A stretch of 64,000 nucleotides of DNA from Octopus sinensis (GCF_006345805.1 NC_042999.1:82770001-82834000), one strand, 5' to 3'. Shown: positions 37,790 through 51,964, counted from the first letter of the stretch. Numbers and translations: made by a program. The notes: generated from the letters alone by a model not told the origin.

Positions 37790-39940
37790 GAATAGCAACA
37801 GATTTTTCGTCAGTTCGACATAAATATTTTCTTTCCATTGATCTTTAGCATTATCTTGATTTTTGGTGGACAAGTGATTTCAACGATTGCGTTGTGTTTA
37901 ATTCCTTTTCTTTGTACCACATCATTATGTCTACCAGTATTCTTTCTTATTACAGGTGCTTCTGTACTCACACTGCAGCAGTTTCTTATATTTGTATCCT
38001 CCGGATTATCTTCATTACAAATTTCGTGACAGCATCACATGGGAACGTAATGTCGTTATGGTATATGCGGGCAGTTACTTGCGATATGGATGACATCAGT
38101 GTTAATCCCTTAGACGCTGCAGCAGTTTTCGGATCTACGTGGATTACCTGCATTTCAGTACCTTTTATTCTTTGAGTGTTTTGTGCTTACTTTCTGCTTC
38201 TTAATTGCAAAAGTATATCCTTCAGAGTTAGAGCAAATATATAAGCCGTTAGTTGAAACCAAACTACCGTAAATCCTCGAGTATAATCCGCATTTTTTTC
38301 CCCAAAATTTAATGGTCAAAATCCCTAGTGCATATTATACACCAGGTTAAAGATGAAAATTATTTTCTAAGCAATGTTCTAGCATCTATTTTCTGTCCGG
38401 CAATATTTATTCAGATGCATTTTGTGAGGTCGGGCACGAAAATACCTTAAGCTAAGCCTGAAAGCAATGAAGTCATAAAAGAATCATCCATAACTTGCAA
38501 TAAACAACATTTATCAAACGTTATTACAGTTATTACTGTTATTTCTTTATTTTCTGCAAACAAAATGCACAAAAAAGCTACACGTTTGTATTATGTTATA
38601 TATACAATAGTAATAAAGGACGTCACCGTATACATTTTTACAAACCAAGGACGTTACATAGACCTCCTTGACTCAAGTTAGAGAAGGGGTGGGCATTATA
38701 CACAAGGTTTAGTTTTTCAGAGGTACAGCCCCCTAAAATTTCCCTGCGTATTATACTCAAGGGCGGGCTATACTCGAGGATTTACTGTTATAGGTTGTTA
38801 GTGTTACTGTCATTTGAAGTCTTCTGGAAATATAATCATGCATGGCCATTTACTGATACAACTTTTCAGATACAACTTTTCTGAGTTGTGCAACTTTCTT
38901 GCGTGTATACTCTATATCATCAGTCAAGAAATACAAGAAATTCCTTTGCAGCGCCTATGATTTTATCGGCTTCATGTAAACAGACTTGATACATAGCTAG
39001 ACATTGATGGTGATTAGTAAACGTTGTCGGCAAGATATATTGCGACATTCAAAGGCTGTTTGAATCAATGTTAAACTTCGCTTCCTTTATTCATTCATCT
39101 ATCTAGCTATCTAGCTGTGCATTTATCTATGTTTGCTTATTTACTTATTTTCATTTTAAATGAGAGTGGTCTATAGCAATCTTGATGTGGATATTCCTGG
39201 TATGGGTTAAGAATGATCAAATTTTTAACATCCGCAGCCTGGATCTTATCTAGTGCTGAATCGAGTTGTCTAAATATGGGTATGAGTACTACTTAAGTAA
39301 AACCATAGAGAGTTAGTGATTTCTTGTGTGCAGACAATATTTTCTTAACCTGATATTATATTCCCCGGCTACATGTTCCTTATTATAGGTTTCATCACAG
39401 GGAATATTTTGAGCTATCCCTAGACATCTATAACATTCAATACGGGAGAAATAATGAGGCCTTTGATAGAAATGTTGCTACATGGGCTTGTAGTTCACTC
39501 TCACTTCACAACCATGTAATAACATTTATCCCTGCCAAACTCCATTCCAATATCTTCTAACAATGTGGAAACTATGATAAAGTTTTTTTGTGATTCTATT
39601 GGTAATCTTGACGTATATTTTTAAATCCTTCACAAAGAAGCAACATGTTAAGTTGGTGTTAATATCTCCCTGTGAACCAATCTCAAAGCCTTCCGATTTC
39701 TTTAAACAAAAATAAAACGATAAGGGATTTACATCAAGTACAAACAGCAAAGGCTCCCTAACATCAAATGGTGAGAAATAGAATCGAATTCTTCCTTATA
39801 AGCCAGGCTATCTGTAAATAAACTTCTGTACTGTCGCACTTTCGACATCGCAGTTTTATTGATTAGTTGATGCTCAATAAATCTTTGAACTTCCTTCTTT
39901 CGGCAGTTTGTTTGACTGAGATGAGTTTGTATCACTACAG
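37790..39940 (-). mobile_element. Old R4-like LINE remnant interrupted by a MITE
   Basis: KEEFDSISH, LFVLDVNPLS, FFVKDLKIY, YRCLG, NEDNPED and IVEITCP relics in the expected order. Confidence 0.7.
38267..38787. mobile_element. pogo/Tigger-like MITE
   Basis: TIRs C[C/A]GTAAATCCTCGAGTATA; TA on the left flank, right flank imperfect. Confidence 0.75.
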
Positions 39941-40579
39941 TGAACCTAGGAGAAATAGATTCAGACAGGTTTTATTCATTTATGTATTAAATTCCGGCAT
40001 GCAATTAGCCGCAATTTCTTCGTCGCATGAGTGACTATGCTTTTTGCTATCAAGCCGGTATTTTGTCGATGCCAACTAGCTTGCAATATCTATATCTCCA
40101 ATCACAGTTTACTACTAAAAGTCAATCATACCTCTTCCTAATGCTCCCTATTCCGAAAATTTTCAATAATAATCTCACGGATATACCCATTAAAACTGTG
40201 TGTTTTTGTGTGTGTAGTACAGGGACAATATTTCTGTTAGACTTCATCTACTCCACTACTTCTTAGCGAGATTCCCTTTCTCCTTACTTCACATTTTACT
40301 ACATAATAAATCTGTATCTTCCTGCGATCCAGCTTTACAGAATATATTACTTAGAACTAAGGCTGGAGGTGCTTTCTAACATACATGGAATTAATTATTT
40401 CATATAGCCAGCAATGTGCTGTTGCATGTTTTCACACACATACAGACACACACACACATATATAAAGACTAGATTTTCATCCATATAAAATAGACTTCAC
40501 CTTATACACCGAAGTAATTAGAGATGAGTGAACCACTAAGTAAATGTACAATATTATAAGCCGAATTTCAGAGTTGTCA

Positions 40580-40975
40580 AGGCGGCGTGCTGGCAGAATC
40601 GATAGCACACCGGGCGAAATGCTTAGCGGTATTTCGTCTACCGTTACGCTCTGAGTTCAAATTCCACCGAGGTCGACTTTGTCTTTCATCCTTTCGGGGT
40701 CGATTAAATAAGTACCAGTTACGCACTGGGGCCGATATAATCGACTTAATCCGTTTGTCTGTCCTTGCTTGTCCTCTCTGTGTTTAGCCGCTAGTGGGTA
40801 GTAAAAAAATAAGTATTTTGTCTACCGATAAATTTCTACGTTCTGATTCCGCCAAGGTCGACTTTGCCTTTCATCCTTTCGGGGTCGATAAATTAAGTAC
40901 CAATGAAACACTGGGGTCGATGTCATCGATTAATCCCCTCCCCACAAATTTCAGGCTTTGCGTCTTTAGTAGAAA
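40580..40975 (+). mobile_element. Two adjacent family B SINE copies
   Basis: Same dimer-like arrangement as 11301-11700. Confidence 0.88.
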
Positions 40976-41159
40976 GGATTTTCAGATTTGTCTCCCATAG
41001 TTACCGAAATAAAAAAATAATTAAAATAATTCTAGTAAATGATTTATAATGACATTTTCTTCAACTATTATTTCTAATTAGTCTCATTATTACTATTTAC
41101 AATTACTTCTTTAATGCTTTCCAGTGTGGTGTGCGCATGTGTGTTTGTGTGCGCGTGCG

Positions 41160-41567
41160 CGTAAAGGACCAGAAGATAATTCAAGATGCAACATTTATTG
41201 ACTCTCTACAAAACTCAGGGTAAGCCCGCGACGGCGTATTGCCCACACATCTGGAACGGTGCTGTTGTTACTCAGTATAAATTGCCCACCGATATACATT
41301 GTGACTGAAATAAAACCACTCGAAGACATACCCAGACCTGTAAACTACGGGTATATACTACGTCCTCTCTAGCCTTGTCAGCCACTACCCTAACAGCATC
41401 TGCTCCTCAAAGGTAGCAGGGCTCATACCACCTTTACTCGGGCATGCTCGCCCCACTTGCCTTTTCTCCTTTCATCATCCTTGCTGTGTCTAACCACACA
41501 AGCGCCACACTTATCACCCAGAGCTTCAATCCAACTAGAATTCTTACCTCCTGCGCCTGTATTTACA
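41160..41567 (-). mobile_element. Probable solo LTR
   Basis: Minus strand begins TGTAAA and ends TTTAC[G]; internal TATA-like GTATATA and AATAAA about 30 nt from the end. No TSD found. Confidence 0.5.
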
Positions 41568-41649
41568 CTGATATTGATTTACAAAGGTTCAAATCACCGG
41601 TCTAGTAATATCTATAAATATCATAGAGTCAGATACAACGATTTCAAAT

Positions 41650-41855
41650 TTTGGTACTGGGCCAACTGTTTTTGAGGATGGTGGGATGTCGATTACATCG
41701 ATCCCAGTTCTTAACTGGTAATTATTTTCTCGACCCCGAAAGGAGGAAAGGAAAAGTCGACCTAGATGGAACTTGATCTCAAAACATAAACCATGAACGA
41801 AATGCCGGTAAACATTTTCTCCGGCCTGCTAACGATTCTGCTACCTCGCCGCCTA
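41650..41855 (-). mobile_element. Diverged SINE family B-like copy
   Basis: Reverse complement of the family B head and body. Confidence 0.65.
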
Positions 41856-42687
41856 AGTCACCACACATAATTAAAAAATTGTATGCATGCATGTATGAAT
41901 GGATGAATGTAATTGTTTCATTTGTATGTAAAAGTTCAGGTGAACTGTTTTAGTCATTGGACTGCGACCATGCTGGAGCTCCGCCTTAAAAAGTTTAGAC
42001 GTGCTCCAGAACTTTTTTTTTCTTTAAGACAAGTATTTATTCTGCCAGGTTCCTTTGCCGAACCGCTAATGTTATGCGGACGTAAACAAACCAACACCAG
42101 ATGTCTAGTCATACCTCTGACTAAATTAATAATTCCATCAACTCTGTCATCACTACCACCACCATCGTCGTCGTCACCATCGGCGGCGGCGGCTGTGGCG
42201 GCGGCGGCGGCGGCAGATGTGGCAGCGGCGGCGGCTGTGGTAGCGGCGGCGGCTGTGGTGACGGCGTCGTTGTTGCTCTTCCCATGGTCTTTCAGCTCCT
42301 TCTACTATTAGCCACGCCTCCGTTCTAACTTTGTTCATGCGGACGATCATTTGTTTAGATAATTTATGTCTATTACCATAAAATGGTATTTCTTTTTATT
42401 ATGATTTATATCTTTAACAAAAGAACTTTTCGCATTTACTTCTTGTTGATGTTTGTTGTTGTCATAACAGCATTCAGACTTATTGTTTATATGTATGTGT
42501 ACGTTTCTTTGTGCGTGAATTCGCGTACTTCTGTTGATTTCTATACGTTTTATGTAAATGTTGTTTACGTCTGAGAATGTGAGATACCTTTCTCTGTGTG
42601 TGTGTGTGTGTGTGTGTGTGGTGGTTTCGTCAGGTTCCATCAGGTGATTAATATTAATGAGTTTTAATTTTTTCCTGCATAATATGT

Positions 42688-43075
42688 CGAGCTGGCAGAT
42701 TTGTTACCGTACCTGTAAAAAATGCTTTACCGGCATGTCATCCGACTTTAGATTCTGAGTTCAGATGCCGCAGGATTCGACTTTGCCTTTCATCGTTTCG
42801 ATCTGCGTAAAATAAGTAGCAACAGATCACTGGAGTCAATGTAATCTACTCAGTGAAGGCGCGTAGCTTAGTGGTTAGGGTGTTAGACTCATGATCGTAT
42901 GATTGTGGTTTCGATACCTGGACTGGGCGTCCAGTCTATTAAGCTAGCAAAAATGAGAAATCCTGCGACGAACTGGCGCCCCTTCCATGTGGAGGAATTC
43001 ATATGCCATGGAAGCTGGGAAACGTACCCTTATGAGTCGGTATGACTCGAGAAGATAAGCTTTACCTAACCCCCT
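42688..43075 (+). mobile_element. Adjacent diverged SINEs (family B 42688-42850; family C/D 42857-43075)
   Basis: Two tRNA-like heads with A/B boxes. Confidence 0.6.
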
Positions 43076-43214
43076 CCCCGAAATCGCCGGCATTATGCCA
43101 AAATTCGGAACCATCTTGTGTCTACATATATGTTGGATGAGAGAGCGCGTGTATACGCATACACACATACACATACACACACATACATACACACATGTAT
43201 ATATGTGTGTGGTG

Positions 43215-43248
<34 letters not shown>

Positions 43249-43280
43249 TGTATGTATGTATGTATGTATGTATGTATGTA

Positions 43281-43317
<37 letters not shown>

Positions 43318-43364
43318 GTATGTGTGTATGTATGTATGTATGTATGTATGTATGTATGTATGTA

Positions 43365-43860
43365 TGACAAGGAGCCGAATCCCAATGCCACAGGTATGGA
43401 CTTCCTGCAACAACCCTCTCCAGCCAGGGTTTGACGACAGTTTCCAGAAGTTTCATATGGTCGCCTGATTTGAGTCTAATGCCCTGTTAAAATGTGTGGG
43501 GCGGCATGCCGTCACCCTCAGTGGAGACACACCAAAAGATCGCCTCAGTTTGAGAGATCTTGGTTTTCATGATGTAATGCAGCCCTTACATTGTTTACAG
43601 AGCAACAGTCACGATGTCAGCATTTTGTTACAAGGAATTCTTCTTCTAATACTCATTGGTTTCCTGTCCTCCATGTCAGCTAACTTTTTCTCAACTGCAA
43701 CTTCAATCTTTCTGCTCTCCAACGCCATTGACTGTTCCCCCAATGTGTCTAGAGAGAGATGTTCCTGAACGAAAAACAAGTTTCAGGAATTTCAAATACT
43801 GCATCCAGTGGTGTGGCTCTGGTACGGGAATTCCAGGGCTTTGAGGAGTGTAGAATCACC
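43365..43860 (-). pseudogene. maT/DD37D-like (Tc1/mariner) transposase fragment
   Basis: FWCVSTEGDGMPPH..LLETVVKPWLERVVAGSPYLWHWDSAPCH. Confidence 0.75.
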
Positions 43861-43887
43861 TCTTAATCACTATGGTTCCTAGGTCTA

Positions 43888-44105
43888 CGAGGGGATGCTG
43901 AAAAGTTCCTGGCTTTAAGGGTAGCGCAGAAGGCTTGGTTGGAGGCCTGATCTTCCAAGTGTTTTTAAAAGGCTTAGAAAAACTGAATGATTGTTGAAAT
44001 AAGTGTGTGAATCTGAGAGGGGAATGTGTTGATCTAAATCATAATTAAAATTATCTTTCTGTATTTTCTTTTACCTAAAGCCAGGATCTTTTCAGCAGCC
44101 CCTCG
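43888..44105. mobile_element. Mariner-derived MITE (218 bp)
   Basis: 30-bp TIRs CGAGGGG[A/C]TGCTGAAAAG[T/A]TCCTGGCTTTA; TA on both sides. Confidence 0.88.
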
Positions 44106-44891
44106 TATTCTGACCTAGAGTGGTAGCATCTGTTATGGTCACAATTATGGATTAATCAGCATGTGAGCTACTGGGAGTCAAGGGCCCTTAGTTTTCGTTA
44201 TAACTTCCTTCTACGAGAAGGTAAACTGGAATGAAAAGAAAAATGAAGTACAATTGGTTTCTGGTTGCCTAAACCTCTGTTGTGCAACTGGTTTTGTAAC
44301 TGATTGCACGGAATAGTGAGTTCACTACAGTGCAACACATTATCCACACAACACAAATTCCCACACAGGAATATCTTGGATTCTCGGGACGTTTGCACGG
44401 ATTCACTGAACTTAGAAAGTCGTCATTCGAGATCAGGAACTGACTTCCACCACATACACATATATATGTAATCTATGTGTGTGTGGAGATAGGTTGGTGT
44501 GCGTGTGTGTGTACAGATACGTATAACTCAAACCATATCAACAGACACTTACGCACACAAATGTATATTGTTATACATTTCAGCATATGTGTACAAAAGA
44601 ATATATATAGAGGCTGTGTGTGAATGTAATGTTTTTGTCAACCATTTTTTCTAACTTCTTTACAGACAATATTATCATGTAAAAACAAACCAAATTCAAA
44701 AAGGTGTACGCCTTTTCAGAGAAATAATATAAATAAGTATAAAAGTGAGCAAATATAGACCTATACACACGCACACACACACACACACAAGCACGCATAC
44801 ATACATACATACATACATACATACATACATACATACATACATACATACATACATACATACATACATACATACATACATACATACATACATA

Positions 44892-46141
44892 CTGGGTGCG
44901 GTGAATAGATAGTCGTCTAAATTACGCAAAAATGAAAATAACACTGACATCTCATTTTAACAGATATATTTACCAAAGTTACATAAAAATATCTTGAAAT
45001 ACTAAAATCGCCATTGGCTTCAACCACAGCCCGCAGACGACTTCGGAATCTCCTGCAACTCTTCCGGGCAGTCTCCTTATTTAAGTTGGTCAGTGCTGCC
45101 ATAATCCTTGCCTTCAGTTCATCTTTGGTATTACAAAGAGTTTTGATGGTCTCTCGCTCAACTGCGCCCCGTACATAATAATCAAGAGTGTTACAGTCTG
45201 AGGAGTTAGGTGGCCCAATGTTAGGCGTGATGTGGTCTGACAGCCATGATTGGGTTCTCCTGTTTGTGTGGTATGGTGCAGAGTCCTGTTACCAGACATA
45301 CGGTCTGGTGGATAGTCCTGTTACCAGCCATCCTCTTGACCCAAGGCAGCACTACCTCCTCCAAGCATTTGATGTAAGCCTCGTAGTTAAGTGTGAGGCC
45401 GTGTGGAAAGATGAATGGAGACATAACGTCGCCATCACTAGTGATCACTTCAAACACCATGATGTTCACTGGATGTTTGATTTTTATCACTCTCAACAAG
45501 CAAGCAGTTGTTTTGTGAGTTCAAGATCTAATCCTGGCAGAAATGTTTCTCGTCTGAGAAAAACCAATGCATGTTCGGTTAAAGGAGATGCTTGAGTTTA
45601 TTCAAAAGCTTCGTAGCGCAGTCTTTCCCTCTTCTCCTTCATAGCTTGAGATAAAAAATTGGCCCTTTCTCATCTTGTATGAGCCATACCCAATGTCTTC
45701 ATGCGCTATCTGCTTGAGACACTCCTATGTCCCTGGCGATAGACTTGATTGACTTGGAGGGATCGTTGTCAATCATGGCCTGGATCTCACCAACAAATTC
45801 AGAAGTTCTTTTCTTATCAGAACGATCAGAGTGAGTTTTCCAAGCTGCCGTACCTTCGTAATCATCATTAAATTCATCCAAGACTTTCCGAATCCTCCGC
45901 ACTGTCTTCAGATTGACACCCAAACACTCTGAAATGTTTCTATTAGAGCTTCCGGCGTGAATGCCAAGCAGTACAACATGTCATTTCCAAATTTCTTGCA
46001 GAGTGAATTGTGTCATGGTGCTGCTTTTCTCACAGATGGTGCTCAACTGACCCTATTACACTGTGTAGTTGATAAAATCCCAAGTAAACAATGCGCAAAA
46101 TTAAAAATATAAATTGGCGACAATTTATCCATCGTACTCTC
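44892..46141 (-). mobile_element. Degenerate full-length maT-like Tc1/mariner element
   Basis: TA flanks and eroded TIRs. MGVNLKTVRRIR..IDNDPSKSIKSIARDIGVS, KHPVNIMVFEVITSDGDVMSP and DCNTLDYYV.G relics. Confidence 0.8.
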
Positions 46142-46163
46142 TATATATACATGTGTACACACA

Positions 46164-46241
<78 letters not shown>

Positions 46242-46699
46242 TTCGTTTATAAAATGTTCTCATGTTCCAAATGCTATTATTTTGCATTATATAAAGACGG
46301 CAGTTGTTGGCAGAGCGCTCAACCGGAATTTGAGAGGCATAGGTTTCGAGACTCAGTAGAGGCTTGCTGGCCACTTTTCCCCATAAAGGTATTTACCCGA
46401 TGTTCTAAGATGTCTTCACAGCCATCCCGCGTTCGAGAATTCCCTTATTTTCCGTAGAATACTGACTCACTTAGTACTTCTAAAATTGTCTACTAAATGT
46501 TCTCATATATGTGTGTATGTGTGCGTGTGTATATGCTACTTAATGTGAATGTATTACTTAGAAAGCTGAATATTGCGGCATTTGCCTCGGTGCCCCAGCA
46601 TGGCCACAGGTTGTAAGCTGAAACTAAATAAAATAAAATAAAATAAATATATAAATGCACAGTTCTAAGGGCACTGTTGTATATTGTAGCAAACAAGAA

Positions 46700-47733
46700 C
46701 TTCTGATAAAGGCGCCGGAACTGCCAGATCACGTCATTTCAACATACTTAGCTTCTTCAGTGGCAGGCATCCGTTTACCACATACCAGCCAAATGCCACT
46801 GCCTACATTATATACAATAACAGAGACTTTTATTTCTGTCATTGACGTCGCGAATAGCCGAATGACTTATTGAAAAATAAATAAAAGTGACGGAAGCAGT
46901 AATAATACCGAATTATAATCTTTATATCCAAACATGTATTATTTGAACGCTGAATCCTATGATATTTATCTCAAGAGGTCCTCTTTCATAAACGTATGGT
47001 GCTTAGAGCACAGATGTATAACGTAGCAGACGATAACCGAGGGGTATGAGTCCTAATATTTATTTTTTAATAAGCCTGTATATATATTTTTGTCTGTGTT
47101 ACGTGTATGTTTGTGTAAGTCTATGTCTCTCTACGCATGCGTGCGTGTCCGTGAGTAAGCATGATTATGCAAAGTGTTATTGCATTCGATTTTTTCACAT
47201 AAATATAAAAATAAGGGTGCGTTTGCTTCTTTCTTTTTAACCTTTGTAGTACTCGTGTTTTGTTATTAGATATTAAAAAAAGTAGAAAAGACTGAAATCG
47301 GATCACTGGCAACAAAGTAAAAGAAAGAAAAAAAGAATGAAAGAAAAAATTAAAGAATGAAAAAAAAAGAAAGCGATAAAAAGGAGTGGAAGTGCTTGTT
47401 GATGTGAGAAGCAATATTTGAAAACAGGTTTGTTTTACGGTGTTTTTGCTTTCTTTGGTTCAAAGAAAAAAGTGTGTTATTTTTACTGATTTGTTGAAGT
47501 TTAGTGAAAAGTAGTTGCTCTTATACGCTACAAAACCCAGTTAAAAGAAGAAAGAGACAGACAATATATGAACTTACGAAGAGGGGAAAAGTTTCGCCGT
47601 TGCAACTAAAATTCTCTATAAAGTGTAGAGCGAATTGGCAACAGCGAATTGACAATGTTGGCAGAGTATCAGATAGAATTCCGAGTAGAATTTGTATGAG
47701 AACTCTGCACTCTGAAATCAAATCTTGCCGAAG
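46700..47733 (+). promoter_or_regulatory. Candidate promoter and 5' UTR exons of an unidentified plus-strand gene
   Basis: CRE-like CACGTCA (46730) and TGACGTC (46843); ETS-like CGGAA. Donor GTATGAG at 47044, strong acceptor ending 47249, donor AAG|GTAAAT at 47733/47734. Confidence 0.25.
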
Positions 47734-47898
47734 GTAAATTCACAATTCTTCGTTTTGAACTTGACAAAGAAAAGTACCTATTTTGTCGGCCGTGCCTTTC
47801 ACAGAAGTTCTAAGTCGCGGGGACGTAAACAATCTAACAACGGTTGTCATGCGGTAGCGGGCAATAAACACAAACACAAAGACACGCTTGCGCGCACG

Positions 47899-47935
<37 letters not shown>

Positions 47936-49983
47936 TGTTCGACTTGCATTGAGTCAAATCTCCCTAGAATCAGAATCTAGGAGCTTATGAGAGTAAAGGT
48001 ACATTGGATAATGATTAGCTTTCTATACGTGAGGTAAAGAAAGACAGAGCATAGTAATACCTGGAATGGCTTTGATCAAATACCTACTCAGTTACAGCTG
48101 ACTTCGGGTTAAGCAACAACAAAAACATCATAGTAGTTAAATCATCTTCAAACTACACCTTACTGCTTTAAAGAAAGGAAACGAAAGACATAGTAGGAAT
48201 TTCAGGCTTGAATATACATTACAGCACATGCAAAGAAGAGAAGGAAAAAAGATGGAAAGAAGCGACTTTATTTTGTTAAGAGAGCTGCACGAAATATTCC
48301 TACATAGAAATCTTTAATTTCCTATCATTAACTGAATAGCTTTGAGATATAAAATAAGACTCCTATTTTTTTATTATCATTTTATAGCAATTCTTGATGG
48401 ATGTAATATAATATTCATTCTAAGGAATCCCTGGAAACATAAGCTGAACGATAAAAGAACTATTGTGTAAGAAGACCAAATTCTTACATAATTCCGATGA
48501 CAACTGGTGTCTATAACGAACTTTCGTCTCCCACTTTTCTTCTTTTTATTTTATTTTTTTAGATAGGAGTGGGATAGAAGTGGGGAACATCTCTTCACCA
48601 GAAAAAGTATTACATTGATAAAGATAATTGATTATTCTTGAAACAAACCCCTACTGTTGTCTTAACTGTCAGATTTTCCTGTTCAAAAGACTTGGAACTA
48701 CTAAGATAACACGATGTCGGCAATTCGAAGCAAGAAGATCTACCTGCTGATATCGCAGTCAAATACAATTCCATCAAAGAAATCTCAAATACAATTCCCT
48801 TAAAGAGCACCATAACAATTAAAGCTGAAATGAATTGTCTTCAATTAACTTTATATTGTGATTTTCCAGCTGGATATAATCTCCCTCGTTCAAAACACTA
48901 ATCACTCAAGCGTGAAGTAGAAGTGGATTTAATTGCCGCTAAGTTAACGGAGGAATGCAGTGAACTGTGTTTTGTTAAGAGGACAAGAGAAGCTTCTATA
49001 GAGTATGTGCAACAAATGTAAACATTCTGTTCTTTAGCTGATGTTTTATTTTTTTACTAGTAATTCATTAATTTAAACCATCAAGTCTATAGACCTGTTT
49101 ATATCGCCTTCTGCCCCAGGATAGTACCTACATGTAGTCATTCGAATATATAGAAACAGCAGCTAATTCTTGCCAAAGGCGTACTCTACTGTCTTTGAAA
49201 AAAGAAATTTAGGATATGTTAAAACGTCGTCCTAGACAACTAAAAAGAAAGGAAAATCAAAGCTGAACCACTTTTGATAATACGTCTGCTCAATCAAAAC
49301 TGACCTGAAGTTAAAGAATAACAACTACGACGGTCACAATGACGACAACATCAACAAGAAGAAGAAGAAAAACAACAACCACAACCACAACAATAACTAG
49401 TTCGTGGTTTTCACGCTGTTTCTGCTGAATAACCTTGGGTTCATGTTTGGTAAAGACTAATATAGCAAGTTGATAGGTCAGTGACTTCGTAGTAGTTTTA
49501 TTATCCAAGCTACATAACATTAGCAGATGGTTTAGCTACGGAGACAATAATGAATAGTGCCTTGAGATTTCTATGAAAAGTTTGTGAGGAAAATTTCGTC
49601 CAAATTTACTGAAATTTTGTGAAGGGAATTCAATATTTGTTGACCTTTAAATGCCAAACAGTTGTATCGTATATATTCCTGATATCTGTATGGCGAGAAA
49701 TCAGGCCATGGATATCGCACTTATATCTGATTCACTTCGGGTTTTGTTCTTTGTTTGTTTTTATTTCTTTTTACCTCTTTCTATGCCATGGTTTCAAGTT
49801 GCACTCTTAACAAATCTCCAGATTAACGCAGAAAGAAAGAATTATAAAGATATAACAATAACTCTAATACATCCAAGAACTGATAAACTCCTGGTGTGTG
49901 TGTGTGTGTGGGTGCGCGCGCGCACGCGCGTGTGGAGAGAGACACGTAAACAGACAGATAGATAGATAGATAGATAGACAGGT

Positions 49984-50071
<88 letters not shown>

Positions 50072-50078
50072 GTTAAAT

Positions 50079-50190
<112 letters not shown>

Positions 50191-50207
50191 GGGGAGAGAG
50201 AGAGAGA

Positions 50208-50488
50208 CAACATTCTTTATTGGCCACACAGGGCTGAACACAGAGGGGACAAATACAAATGTAGAGCTTTGTTTTTCGAAAATGAAAAAAAAAGAAAGAG
50301 GGGAATAAGAAAAAAAGTGAAATTCCGATCAAAAGGGATCAGGGAAAAACAATCAAAAGAGATCGTGTATCACAGAAGAGTTTTTAAAATGTAAAAAGTA
50401 AGATTAGGTTTATCCGTGGAAAGAAAAGTCTACTGAAATGACCACGGTAACCTCAGGCAGGGAGGGAATAAACACATGAGAGCAAAGT

Positions 50489-50525
<37 letters not shown>

Positions 50526-51290
50526 TACAGGATCATGCTCAAAGTGGTTTCATCACTTGCACGCACCATCTTTGCTAGATTCACCCACCTTTTTTTGAAA
50601 CTTTCACGAAACAAAATCTTCCTTTTCAAGTGGTACTTGAAAAAGTTGACGAGCGATTGACCAGAGGGGTAAGTGTTTGTCTCTAATCCTTTCGCTCGAG
50701 TCCACCACACACATTCTTTCACCATAGCCACCAGTACGATGAAGACTGCCTTGTCTTCCCGATTGAGGGTAGGTAGCGGAACAATTGTCACGATAGACTC
50801 GGTCGACAAGCGAACTCGTCCCACACTGTGACTCGCAGTGCCATTCGCCTAGCTTCGGTCTCTGTTTGATCCACGACTGCAGTTCGGCCAAGGAGACTAG
50901 CTGCGGGAAAGCGCGCCACACAAACGGCGACCACACCTGTTCACCGTCATGTATGAAGCGCCGGAGATGTCGCAGTCTCAGCGCATGTCTGTGCTTCATC
51001 AACTGCAGTATGCCTAGCCTCCATTTAGCGGGTGTTGGCAGCAAATGGATCGCCTAACCATTGGAACACTTGGAAGCGGAAGAGTATGCGTTCCAGTTTG
51101 GTGATGGTAGGGTCGGGACAAGACACGACGGTCAGGCGATAATCGATGGCGGATGCAATGTACGCGTTCGCCACCTCCGCCCGACCTTTTAGGGATAGCT
51201 TCCTCTCGGCCCATTGCTGGGTGAAAGTGGCCACATTAGTCATTATTTCGGTCCAGCGTCCCACGATGGAGACGCTGCTGAACGACATGG
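50208..51290 (-). mobile_element. Tx1/L1-like LINE, copy 3 (diverged, internal deletions)
   Basis: KLSLKGRAEVANAYIAS..FKKRWVNLAKM..MIL*; GATA/GA repeats on the left and GATA/GACA on the right. Confidence 0.88.
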
Positions 51291-51559
51291 GCTTGCTTAA
51301 ATAAATAAATAGATAGACAGACAGACAGACAGATAGCTAGATAGATACATGCATGCATACATACATACATACATACATACATACATACATACATACATAC
51401 ATACATGCATATATGGTGGCTGCCCCCTCGTTATCGAGTATGGCCATTGCACGAAGCTTAATCAATGTTGTTATCGTGCAATGCCTGTGCAAGAAGATTT
51501 TTTTTTTAAGTGAGGAAAGGCTGTGCACTGAGTCAATCCCACTCACTAAGCAACAGCAG

Positions 51560-51964
51560 CCATAATCCGAAAAGAAAACAAGTCAGCATCATCGGTAACC
51601 GCTGAGCCGCAGGTTTATGTCGGAGTTATTCCAGTTACCTGAGTTACCTTCTCCTAGATGGATGCCCTAACAAAGGCTAGGAGTCCTTCACTCCCAATGG
51701 TTTAACCGCGCGATCGGGTATTCAGTCCGATTATTGTTATGTCCCCGCGCATGATACAGCCTTAAGACATTTATTGGATGGTCGTTGACTCTCAAGAGTT
51801 CCTCCGCCCTTTGAGGGTTTTGTTTTTCATCCCGCAGGGTGTCCAATAAACACCCTCCTCACCAAGCAAGCTTGGTGGGGTTGCCGCTTTAGTCGCCGAC
51901 GACCCGACCATACAACAGGTTGTACTGGTTTACATGTTACCAGTAGCACTCGAAAGTGACCTGA
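51560..51964 (+). other. Hairpin-dense repeat-like segment ending in (ACAT)n
   Basis: At least six short stems between 51787 and 51958; GC-richer than its flanks. Confidence 0.4.

Noticed and set aside
42130-42300. GC-rich (GCG)n tract readable as poly-Ala or Gly/Cys-rich peptide
   Set aside because: Simple trinucleotide repeat next to a SINE remnant, with no convincing splice context.
44198-44398. Cys-rich minus-strand ORF
   Set aside because: Could be an exon or a LINE zinc-knuckle relic, but no motif could be assigned.
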